Source: a virus
Strand: one strand, 5' to 3'
IMG/VR virus record: IMGVR_UViG_3300046823_000218
Coordinates: 1-50,361 of that record
Length of the DNA stretch: 50,361 nucleotides
The notes below the pieces were generated by a model, which worked only from the letters and a program-made list of their open reading frames with translations, made no database searches and was not told the DNA's origin. Shown piece by piece: positions 6,002-14,291 of this stretch (within the stretch, counting starts at the first letter, position 1; each line of letters starts with the position of its first letter). The position numbers and the translations under genes are program-made.

Positions 6002-9000
6002 ATGCCCTTCGATTTCCCCAGCGCGCCCACCGGCGGCCAGACCGTCACCACCCCCGGCGGAACTTACACCTGGGACGGTACCAAATGGGTTGCCTCCCCC
6101 GGCACCGGCGGCAGCGGGGGAGGCGGCACGCCTTCGTCCGCGCCCCCATTGATGAATAGCGTCGCCGATCCCGGCGCCGCCACCACTTATTCCCGCGGCG
6201 ATCACGTCCATCCGTCCGACGCGTCACGCATGCCGACGACGCCGCAGACGTTCGACAGCTACCTCTACGGCATCGCCCCGGACTTCAAGGTCGTCGCCGG
6301 TCCCGTCTCCTGGACCGGCACGCAGGTCACCGTCCAGGGCGCGACCTTCACCGCCGCCGACGTCAACAAGACCATCATCATGCCCGCCGGCGCCGATGCC
6401 GCCGGCAACAGCGTCCCGGCTCTCGTCAGGATCGTCAGCCCCGGCTTCACTAGCAACTGCACGGTCGACACGACCGCCGCGCATGCTTTCACCGGGGCCA
6501 GCCTCACCGTCACCACGGACGGCGGCCCCACCATCAACGCCTTCGGCGCCGGCGGCTCAGCGGTCTGGGACCTCCTCACCATGCAGGGCGGCGGCGTGAT
6601 CCGCCCGGCCCAGTTCGTCGTCCGGCAAATCCGGCCCACGAGCGCCGCAATCGTCTCGCCAGGCGGCGGCGGACCGCCCGGTGCCACCGTCTACCTGCGC
6701 GGCACCACCGGCTACGGGCGGCGGTCTCTCTGGCAGGGCGTCACCGACGCCAATGGCGTCTTGACCGGCCCCTTGACCCTCGTCGACCCGGGCGCGCTCT
6801 ACGAAAACCCCCGTGATCCTACCGCGGAGCCGCTTGCCGCCGATCAGCGTGCGCTCACGCTGCCGGGCAACTGGGCCGCCGGCGGCCCTGGTCCCTGGAC
6901 CATCACCCTCGATCCTAACCTTGTCGCCGCAGGCCCCGTGAAGCTGCTGCGCCTTGGCATGAGTGTCGCCGGCACCGGTATCCCCGGCGGCACGGTTATC
7001 ACTGCTATCTCGCCCGATTTCTATACGGTCACTCTCTCCAAAGCCCCCATCGTCGCCGGCCCCGGCAAGGTGACCTACACCGAGAACAAGGTGACCGCCT
7101 CGTTCCGCGCCACCTGGGCCAACAACAGCACCACGCTGACGGCCACGGCGGCGCTGCCGTCCTGGGTGGTCGCCGATCCCACCGCCGGCACGTTGATCGA
7201 GGGCGTGGGCCTTGTCGGCGCGGCGGACCCGCGGCAGCCGGACGCCGCCAACACCCGCATCGTTGCGCTGGATGTGACCCGCACGATCGTCACCATCTCG
7301 CAGCCCACCACGCAGGGCGTGACGCAGCCGGCTTTCGTCACAATGAACCCGTTCCTCAACGGGGTCACAGCGTCGCTCAACTTCGTGCCGCACACGCTCT
7401 ACCCCACCGACACCGGCGTTTACTCGTCCTGGCCGACATTCCCCGCCAGCGTCACCGGCGGCGCAAATCCCGGCATCACCATCACGCCGCCATCCCGCAC
7501 GCTACAAGTCGGTTATGGCACTGATAACGGCACCGCGTTTGAAAGCTGGGCCTCCGACGTGCGCGCGGCCTGCGCGGCCCAGCAGTCGCTGCCCAGCGGC
7601 CAGGGCATCTCGGTCGGCATCGAAGTGCTGCTACGCCCCGGCAATTATCTGAGCACGCGCGGCATCAATTTCGTCAACTGCCCCGGGCAGTCCGTGACGT
7701 TCAACATGGCTGGGGCGTCGATCCACTCGTGCGCGGCGGATAAGGTCGCGCTCGACATGCGCAAGGGGTCTTTCTGGGTTCTTGAGAACCCCACCATCTT
7801 CGGCGATCAGTATTTCCCGCCGCGCGTTGGCCTCGCCGTTGGCCGTATCGATACGACGCTATCGCATGGCGTGCACGTCCGCTCCTACAACGGTGGCGGC
7901 TTCTTCAACATGGCCGGGCTGTCGGTGCAGAACTGCGAAGGCGCGACCTTCACCGCGCCTAACGTCAGCAACCGCAAGGCTCCATCACGACCGGCGCCGC
8001 CGCCGATCCCGCCTGTCCCCGGCACGCGTGCCACCGGCACGTTCACCATCCTCGTTGACGCGTGGAGCCACTGGGACATCCCCTGCGAGTTCGCGTCGGT
8101 CACCATGGCGTCGAACGCGTTCCAAAGCTTTGACGGCCTGCGGATGATCACTGCATCCGCTTACGGTCAGTGCGGCGCGATCCCGTGGGCGATCAGCCCC
8201 GGCAACCAACTTCAAATAATCAACGGCTACTCCGCTTCATGGGGTGGCGCGGGCGTTCTCTATTTCGGCGATGGCGGCGTGCCTTGCGAAATTGAGATGC
8301 ACATGGAGGTGGCGGACGGACCTAACAACACCGATCAGACCGGCGGTCTGCAAGATGCGTTTCTGCTGGCGGGCATCAGCAACCCGATCATGCAGGCTGA
8401 TTTCTCGTTCCGTGAGTATGCGACAGATGCCCGCAACAGCATCATCGCCTGCGACACGCAAGCGATGTTCGGGCCGCGCGCCAACTCGCTGCAAACGAAC
8501 CTTGCCAACATCCGTGTCCTCAGCTTCCCCGTCAACGATGCACAGGTCTGGGATCGTTTTCCAACGCTTACAGTTGGCGGCCTGGCGACCATTACTGAGT
8601 GGGGCGGGGACGTCGTCCTCGGCGGCGTTAATTACGCCAGCAACGGGCATCTTCAGAACGTGCCTGCCAGCCGCTTCGGGTTGACCTGGCGCGGTGAAAC
8701 CAAGCACGATCTGCACCTTCTCGGGCAGGGTCATTTCAACGACCTTGTCATCGACAACAGCGCGATTTTTCAGGACGGCATCGTCATCAATGATGGCGGC
8801 GCGATCGTCAATGGCGGGCTGATCATCGGGCAGAGCGGCCTCCCGACCTTCGGTTCCTGGACGCAAAATCAGCTCCTCGTCGGCCAGACCGGCAGCATCT
8901 CCGCGCCGTCGACTGCCGTGCCGATCCTCTCCTTCGCTGGTCCTGGGAACACCGTGATCGACGGCGGCGGACCGATCACCGACAGCCGCTTCATCGTGCA

Positions 9001-10336
9001 TAACCGGGGCACGATCGATGTCGAGGGCTACGAGGGCGCAGGCCCCCTCCTGTTCCGTGTCAATGGCGCTATAACCGCCACGGGCACGGTCACTCTGGCC
9101 GCCGATCCGACCGCTTCCCTCCAAGCCGCTACCAAGCAGTATGTCGACAACCACGCTCCCCTCGGCGGGCCTTATCTGCCGACTGGCGGCGGCACGATGA
9201 CAGGGGCGCTGACTTACACGGCAACCGGCGGCACGACCGCACGCTCGGCGCAGGACCGCGCCGGCGACTTGACGAGCATCATGGATTTCGGTGGGCATCT
9301 CAACGGCACGATCAGCGATACCGCTGCGATCGGCGCGGCGCTCGCTGTCCTCGGCACCAACGAGCCGCTGGTCATGCCCCCCGGCGCGGCGTCGGTCGTG
9401 TGGGGCAGCGTGCAGAATACGACGCCTACCTCACCGGTTCTGTTCAAGGTCGACGGCGTGCTGTCCGGCGGCGTTGCCATGCTTCAGGCATATAACCGCG
9501 TCGGCAAAGGCGATCTGTTTGAAAACTTTTCCAACGGAACGAAGTTTCTCGCGGTTCGTTCCGGAAAAGCTGATAGCGGTGGCGTGCTGAGACTTGAGCA
9601 TAATCAAGTGCTCGGCGGCGGCACGGGCGGCTTCGTTAATAACATCCTCAACATCGTAGCGCAGGACAACACCGCCGCCGTCACGTCGATGGCTGGCATC
9701 AACGTAACGATGGACAGCTACAGCACCCAAGCCGGCTGGCCGCAGAATGTCGCTGGCTCTTTTACTTTGAATAAGCACGGTAAAGCCTGGACTGCTGCGG
9801 TTCATATAACTAACCAAGACGATCAGAACCTGCCCTCTTCAACGGGAGGGGTCGTGGTTGGAACGGAGATGGCCGTTCGTGTCAACGGCGTTGACGATGC
9901 GTTCAACGGCAGTGTTATCGGCAGCGCTGGTTCTCGTATGGGGATGCACATCTCCCTTTACGAATGGGGCGGCACCGGAGCCGTGCTACCGGGCGAAATT
10001 AGCTGGGGCATTCTGTTCGACGGATCGGTAAATTGCATCACCAAATCCATTCTCGGCGTCAGCACCGATATGAACACGTATCAGGTGCTGGATGCGCGCG
10101 GCGCGTTGCCGCCCTCGGGCTACACCTCGCCGGTTGCTGCGGTGCGCATGAGCAGCGGTCAGATTGTTGATTTCAACGGCGGCACGGCACTCAACAGCGC
10201 AGCGGGGGCTTACCTGCAATACCGCACCGCAACCGGGCGCTTGTATTATGTGGTCGCGGGCGTCGACCAGTGGAGCGTAGATGCCAGCGGCAATGTGCGA
10301 GCGCGCGGCACAGTAACCGGGAGCACCACGCCATGA
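6002..10336 (+). CDS. Large tail fibre/tailspike with two putative beta-helix (depolymerase-like) modules
   Basis: ORF track 1444 aa. N-terminus is PTGGQTVTTPGGTYTWDGTKWV plus YSRGDHVHP, a classic fibre N-terminal motif. The central region has beta-helix-like repeats. An ATKQYVD collar lies near aa 1043. It is followed by IMDFGGHLNGTISDTAAIGAAL, which resembles a pectate-lyase-type N-cap. Confidence 0.85.
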   Translation: MPFDFPSAPTGGQTVTTPGGTYTWDGTKWVASPGTGGSGGGGTPSSAPPLMNSVADPGAATTYSRGDHVHPSDASRMPTTPQTFDSYLYGIAPDFKVVAGPVSWTGTQVTVQGATFTAADVNKTIIMPAGADAAGNSVPALVRIVSPGFTSNCTVDTTAAHAFTGASLTVTTDGGPTINAFGAGGSAVWDLLTMQGGGVIRPAQFVVRQIRPTSAAIVSPGGGGPPGATVYLRGTTGYGRRSLWQGVTDANGVLTGPLTLVDPGALYENPRDPTAEPLAADQRALTLPGNWAAGGPGPWTITLDPNLVAAGPVKLLRLGMSVAGTGIPGGTVITAISPDFYTVTLSKAPIVAGPGKVTYTENKVTASFRATWANNSTTLTATAALPSWVVADPTAGTLIEGVGLVGAADPRQPDAANTRIVALDVTRTIVTISQPTTQGVTQPAFVTMNPFLNGVTASLNFVPHTLYPTDTGVYSSWPTFPASVTGGANPGITITPPSRTLQVGYGTDNGTAFESWASDVRAACAAQQSLPSGQGISVGIEVLLRPGNYLSTRGINFVNCPGQSVTFNMAGASIHSCAADKVALDMRKGSFWVLENPTIFGDQYFPPRVGLAVGRIDTTLSHGVHVRSYNGGGFFNMAGLSVQNCEGATFTAPNVSNRKAPSRPAPPPIPPVPGTRATGTFTILVDAWSHWDIPCEFASVTMASNAFQSFDGLRMITASAYGQCGAIPWAISPGNQLQIINGYSASWGGAGVLYFGDGGVPCEIEMHMEVADGPNNTDQTGGLQDAFLLAGISNPIMQADFSFREYATDARNSIIACDTQAMFGPRANSLQTNLANIRVLSFPVNDAQVWDRFPTLTVGGLATITEWGGDVVLGGVNYASNGHLQNVPASRFGLTWRGETKHDLHLLGQGHFNDLVIDNSAIFQDGIVINDGGAIVNGGLIIGQSGLPTFGSWTQNQLLVGQTGSISAPSTAVPILSFAGPGNTVIDGGGPITDSRFIVHNRGTIDVEGYEGAGPLLFRVNGAITATGTVTLAADPTASLQAATKQYVDNHAPLGGPYLPTGGGTMTGALTYTATGGTTARSAQDRAGDLTSIMDFGGHLNGTISDTAAIGAALAVLGTNEPLVMPPGAASVVWGSVQNTTPTSPVLFKVDGVLSGGVAMLQAYNRVGKGDLFENFSNGTKFLAVRSGKADSGGVLRLEHNQVLGGGTGGFVNNILNIVAQDNTAAVTSMAGINVTMDSYSTQAGWPQNVAGSFTLNKHGKAWTAAVHITNQDDQNLPSSTGGVVVGTEMAVRVNGVDDAFNGSVIGSAGSRMGMHISLYEWGGTGAVLPGEISWGILFDGSVNCITKSILGVSTDMNTYQVLDARGALPPSGYTSPVAAVRMSSGQIVDFNGGTALNSAAGAYLQYRTATGRLYYVVAGVDQWSVDASGNVRARGTVTGSTTP

Positions 10337-10361
10337 CATCGATTTCGGGAGTGTAAACACT

Positions 10362-10823
10362 ATGCCTTTTGATCCGGAGACCGTCTCTTTCCTGCCCAGT
10401 TACAGTGTGGGTCTCCTTCCGCCTGCTGATGGAAGTTTGCAACCGGGCATGCTGCACCTTGAGCTGGCGGCGACGCCCCGGCTCTGGGTCGGCACTCTCA
10501 CGGAACTGGGTTTCGAGGGGAATGTCGCCGTGCTGGTGGCGACGCCGCCGCTCATGGCGCCTCTCAACCGCACCGCGCCCTATGTGTTTCAGGACGGGGA
10601 CACGCTCACCTGCACCATGGGCACCTGGACGGGGGAGCCGACCGCCTACTCCTACGAGTGGACGCTCGACGGGGCCCCCGCAGGGGACGACAGTGATGTT
10701 CTCACCGTCACCACGGCCGAGGTCGGGCAGGTCGCCGTCTGCGTGGTGACGGCGACCAACGACACTGGGACCACCGAAGGCCCGCCGTCCAACGAAGTCA
10801 CGGTCGCGGAGATTGCGCCATGA
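10362..10823 (+). CDS. Small tail-associated protein with an Ig-like repeat
   Basis: ORF track 153 aa. The segment GDTLTCTMGTWTGEPTAYSYEWTLDGAPAGDDSDVLTVTTAEVGQVAVCVVTATNDTG matches the widespread G-x-W-x-G-x-P-x-YxYxW ... VTAxN Ig-like pattern. Confidence 0.75.
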   Translation: MPFDPETVSFLPSYSVGLLPPADGSLQPGMLHLELAATPRLWVGTLTELGFEGNVAVLVATPPLMAPLNRTAPYVFQDGDTLTCTMGTWTGEPTAYSYEWTLDGAPAGDDSDVLTVTTAEVGQVAVCVVTATNDTGTTEGPPSNEVTVAEIAP

Positions 10824-12544
10824 GCCGCGCGCAGCACGGCAGTGACGGGCGGTTCGTTGCCGCTCGCGAAGAAGCCGAACCCACGCCCCTGGCTGCGCCG
10901 CCTCAGCCGATGGGGACCGGCGTGATGCGGGTGCAGCAGAACCGCTACGACAACTGGGTCGCCTCCGGCGGCACGCCGGAAATCTATGGTCCTGTGGTGC
11001 TGCCGCCACGGGCGACCGAGCTGACCTTCCCTGTCCCGGTGGCCGTCAACTCGGACGGCTATGCGCGTCCGGGACCGTTCACGTCGCGCAGCGGGATCAA
11101 CCCCGCGGTGCACCTGACCAAATACACGGCCGCAGCCTCGCCGGTGGTTGTGATTGTCGGCGACAGCACGTCCACGCCCACGCCAAACCCGCTCACTCCG
11201 CTTGACGTTCTCTGGTTTCAGCTTCAGCGCCGGATGCGCGAGGACAACCCGACGAAGACGCACAGCTTCCAGAATTTCGCGATGGGCGGCAGTGCGATGT
11301 CCACCTTCATCGCGCCGCAGGTGCTTGCCGACGGCGTGCTGACGATCCCCACCTGGTATACCAACAACACCGTGGCTTGGTGGACCTACGTTCAGGCGGT
11401 GATGCCGGACCTGCTTTTCTTCAACTTTGGCGTCAACGACAGCTTCAACCTCAACGCCGTTACGCTGGCCAGCGCGCTGTCCATCGTCAACGGCTGGGGC
11501 ACTGTCCCGCCCGCGTGGCAGGCCAACACCGCCTACACGCGCAACGCTGTCATCCTCGATAGCAACGGCAGGATGCAGGTTATGGCAGCTAACTCTGGCA
11601 CGTCCGGAGCAAGCCCGCCGACGTGGCAGACATCGCTGCACTCGCCGACCGTGGACAACACCGCGACGTGGTTGGTGATGAGCGCCGGCACCTACACGGC
11701 GAAGAAGCCAGATATTGTGCTGATCACCAACAAATCCGCCAACCCATCGGCAGGGGGAAACTTCAGCGCAACGAAATATCAGATCGGACGCCTGGCCGCA
11801 GCTTCATTGCAGCGGACGGCAGCGCTCAGCGGCTACAATTTCGGCGTCTCCGGTCTGCCGCGGCTTGGTCTCATCGACATCGGCCGCGTGTTCCAACAGG
11901 CGGTCAACGGCATTGATCCCGGTGAGCAGGTGATGTCGCAAAGCATCACGGCGCCGGTCACGGTCACCACGTTCCCGTACATACTGCCGCAGACGGACGG
12001 TGACCTGGACATGACCTGGACCATTCCAGGTTCAAACCAGACCGTGTTGACGTGCACGTTCTATCTCGCCGCGGCGGACGGGTCGACCACGTCCCAGCAA
12101 TACACCAACTACATTAACATCGGCACCAGCACGGGCACGAACATCTTCGCCAACTACTTCCCGGCGTTGGGCTCACCTGCCATGCCAGGGGCGAACCAGG
12201 GTTTTGGCTGGGTGTCGACGGGCAACAACACGGTGCAGATCACCCTTCGGGGCACGCACCTTTACGTCCTGGTCAACGGCTTCGTGCTCTATAACGCTCT
12301 GGTGCCGCGCTACCGCAGCCCGTGCACGCCGTCGATGAACATTCTCAGCCCTCCCGGCGGTTTTAGTCCCATTCTCGTTAGTTACAATCTCTCAACGATG
12401 CAGAAAACCACGCCGTCGCTGACGGCGACCGAGACTTACGGTTCGCTCAATGGCCCGACCGGGGGCAACGGCATCAACCACGATGCCTCGGCGGCAATCG
12501 CTGGTATCGATGCGCGTGTGCTCGACGCCACCCAGTTTGCGTAA
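10820..12544 (+). CDS. Tail protein with SGNH/GDSL-hydrolase (esterase/deacetylase) motifs
   Basis: ORF track 574 aa; the ATG overlaps the upstream stop (ATGA). SGNH block I is VVIVGDSTS, block II is FAMGGS, and block III is FNFGVNDS. Confidence 0.8.
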   Translation: MSRAQHGSDGRFVAAREEAEPTPLAAPPQPMGTGVMRVQQNRYDNWVASGGTPEIYGPVVLPPRATELTFPVPVAVNSDGYARPGPFTSRSGINPAVHLTKYTAAASPVVVIVGDSTSTPTPNPLTPLDVLWFQLQRRMREDNPTKTHSFQNFAMGGSAMSTFIAPQVLADGVLTIPTWYTNNTVAWWTYVQAVMPDLLFFNFGVNDSFNLNAVTLASALSIVNGWGTVPPAWQANTAYTRNAVILDSNGRMQVMAANSGTSGASPPTWQTSLHSPTVDNTATWLVMSAGTYTAKKPDIVLITNKSANPSAGGNFSATKYQIGRLAAASLQRTAALSGYNFGVSGLPRLGLIDIGRVFQQAVNGIDPGEQVMSQSITAPVTVTTFPYILPQTDGDLDMTWTIPGSNQTVLTCTFYLAAADGSTTSQQYTNYINIGTSTGTNIFANYFPALGSPAMPGANQGFGWVSTGNNTVQITLRGTHLYVLVNGFVLYNALVPRYRSPCTPSMNILSPPGGFSPILVSYNLSTMQKTTPSLTATETYGSLNGPTGGNGINHDASAAIAGIDARVLDATQFA

Positions 12545-14109
12545 TGACCCCCACCGAACACCGCTACGAACTGGTCCTGAAACGGTTGATCGCGATCCTC
12601 GACGCCGAGCAGCAGATGCTTGCCTTCACGCGGCTGATGAAGCCGACCGCCGAGGACCCCGACGACCCCGACTGCACGCGCTATGACGCGCAGAAGTTCC
12701 ACAAGGTCATCTGCGCGGCGCTGGAGGAGCTGGAAGCCGGGCGCATCCGCCGGCTGATCATCAGCCTCCCACCGCGGCACGGCAAGACCGAGCTGGCGTC
12801 GAAGATGTTCCCGGCCTGGTTTGCCGGCCGCAACCCCCATCTATCCCTCATATTCGGCACCTATAACGAGAAATACTCCCAGGATGTGGGCCGTGCGGTC
12901 CGGGACATCATGTTGTCCCCGCCCTACGCCCAGGTCTTCCCGGACACGGTCCTGAAAGACGACAGCCTCGCTTCGGATCGGCTTCAGACCACCAAAGGGG
13001 GCATCCTCGCCTTCGTGGGCCGCGGCGGGACCACCACCGGGCGTGGCGGCGATGTGCTCATCGTCGATGACCCGCTCAAGGACCGTCAGGAAGCGGATAG
13101 CCCGACCATCCGGGACACGCTTTGGACCTGGTTTACGCAGGTCATCGGCTCCCGCCTTATGGACGAGACCGGCCGCATCATGCTCATCCAGACCCGGTGG
13201 CACCAGGACGACCTGGTCGGCCGGCTTACCGATCCGCTCAACAGTTTCTACGATGTCGACGAAGCCAAACAGTGGCACATCATCGATCTGCCGGCGCTCG
13301 CCATGGACCAGGACAATGATCCGCTCAGGCGCAAGCTGGGTGAACCGCTCTGGCCCACGCGGTTTGGCGAGGATTTCCTGGTCTCGATGCAGCGGCGCGA
13401 CGCGCGCGGCTTCTCGGCGCTCTACCAGGGGCGGCCTTCCCCCGCGGGCGGCACTTTCTTCAGTGCCGCCTGGCTGAAGACCTACAAGCCTGCCGATCTG
13501 CCCACCAACTTGCGCTTCTACGGCGCGTCAGACCATGCCGTCAGCCTCAAGCAATACGCGGACAAGACCTGCCTGCTGGTCGTCGGCATCGATGCCGAGG
13601 ACAACATCTACATCGTGCAGGACCTGCTGTGGCGGTCGGTGACGGCGGAACAGTGCGTCGAGGCGATGCTGCGCATGATGCGCGGCTACAAGCCGATGTT
13701 CTGGTGGGCCGAGCGCAGCATGATTTCCAAGTCGATCGGTCCCTTCCTGCGCAAGCGGATGTTGGAGACAAAAACCTATTGTTCGGTGATCGAGATGCAG
13801 CCGATTGCCGACAAGCAGACGCGCGCGCAGTCGATCCAAGGCCGCATGGCCATGGGCAAAGTGATCTTCCCGGAGCGGGCAGCGTGGTGGCCCGCGGCGC
13901 GGGACCAGCTCCTCAAGTTTCCGCACGACCAGCACGACGATTTCGTCGACGCCCTCGCCTATGTCGGCCTCGGCCTGACGTTGCAAGTCGGCGCCGCGCG
14001 GCCGGAGAAGAAGACCGTCGAGACCGAGGGCACGTTCGGCTTCATGCTGGCGCAGCGCACCCAGGCCGAGAAATCCGTGCGTCTCGGCTTCGGGACCGGA
14101 GGCTGGTAA
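12544..14109 (+). CDS. terL: Terminase large subunit
   Basis: ORF track 521 aa. Walker A-like LPPRHGKTE, Walker B VLIVDDPLKD, and IQTRWHQDDLVGRL. The C-terminal nuclease part contains DDFVDAL. It sits immediately upstream of the portal gene. Confidence 0.9.
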   Translation: MTPTEHRYELVLKRLIAILDAEQQMLAFTRLMKPTAEDPDDPDCTRYDAQKFHKVICAALEELEAGRIRRLIISLPPRHGKTELASKMFPAWFAGRNPHLSLIFGTYNEKYSQDVGRAVRDIMLSPPYAQVFPDTVLKDDSLASDRLQTTKGGILAFVGRGGTTTGRGGDVLIVDDPLKDRQEADSPTIRDTLWTWFTQVIGSRLMDETGRIMLIQTRWHQDDLVGRLTDPLNSFYDVDEAKQWHIIDLPALAMDQDNDPLRRKLGEPLWPTRFGEDFLVSMQRRDARGFSALYQGRPSPAGGTFFSAAWLKTYKPADLPTNLRFYGASDHAVSLKQYADKTCLLVVGIDAEDNIYIVQDLLWRSVTAEQCVEAMLRMMRGYKPMFWWAERSMISKSIGPFLRKRMLETKTYCSVIEMQPIADKQTRAQSIQGRMAMGKVIFPERAAWWPAARDQLLKFPHDQHDDFVDALAYVGLGLTLQVGAARPEKKTVETEGTFGFMLAQRTQAEKSVRLGFGTGGW

Positions 14110-14291
14110 TGCAGGAAAAAGCAATTGTTTACTTCGTGGTGGCGTGGCTCGCCTGCTGGTTGGTCGACCTCATCGTGATCGTCGCCCGCGGACCCCTATT
14201 GATCGATCCGATCCTCAAGTTTGCGATCGTGCTGTTGTGCTTGCTCGTCGTCCTGGTCGGCCTTTCCCGTCACGGATGGTTGCTCACGTAA
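14109..14291 (+). CDS. Small membrane protein (2 predicted TM helices)
   Basis: ATG 14109 overlaps the TerL stop (TAATG), and its stop abuts the portal ATG. Sequence is MQEKAIVYFVVAWLACWLVDLIVIVARGPLLIDPILKFAIVLLCLLVVLVGLSRHGWLLT. Confidence 0.6.
   Translation: MQEKAIVYFVVAWLACWLVDLIVIVARGPLLIDPILKFAIVLLCLLVVLVGLSRHGWLLT

Noticed and set aside
3465-10336. Diversity-generating retroelement acting on the fibre genes (because of internal repeats in the 844-aa fibre).
   Set aside because: No reverse transcriptase gene exists anywhere on the circle. No template/variable repeat pair with A-specific mismatches was seen. The repeats at about 3850-4010 are simple in-frame tandem duplications in the Ala-rich shaft.
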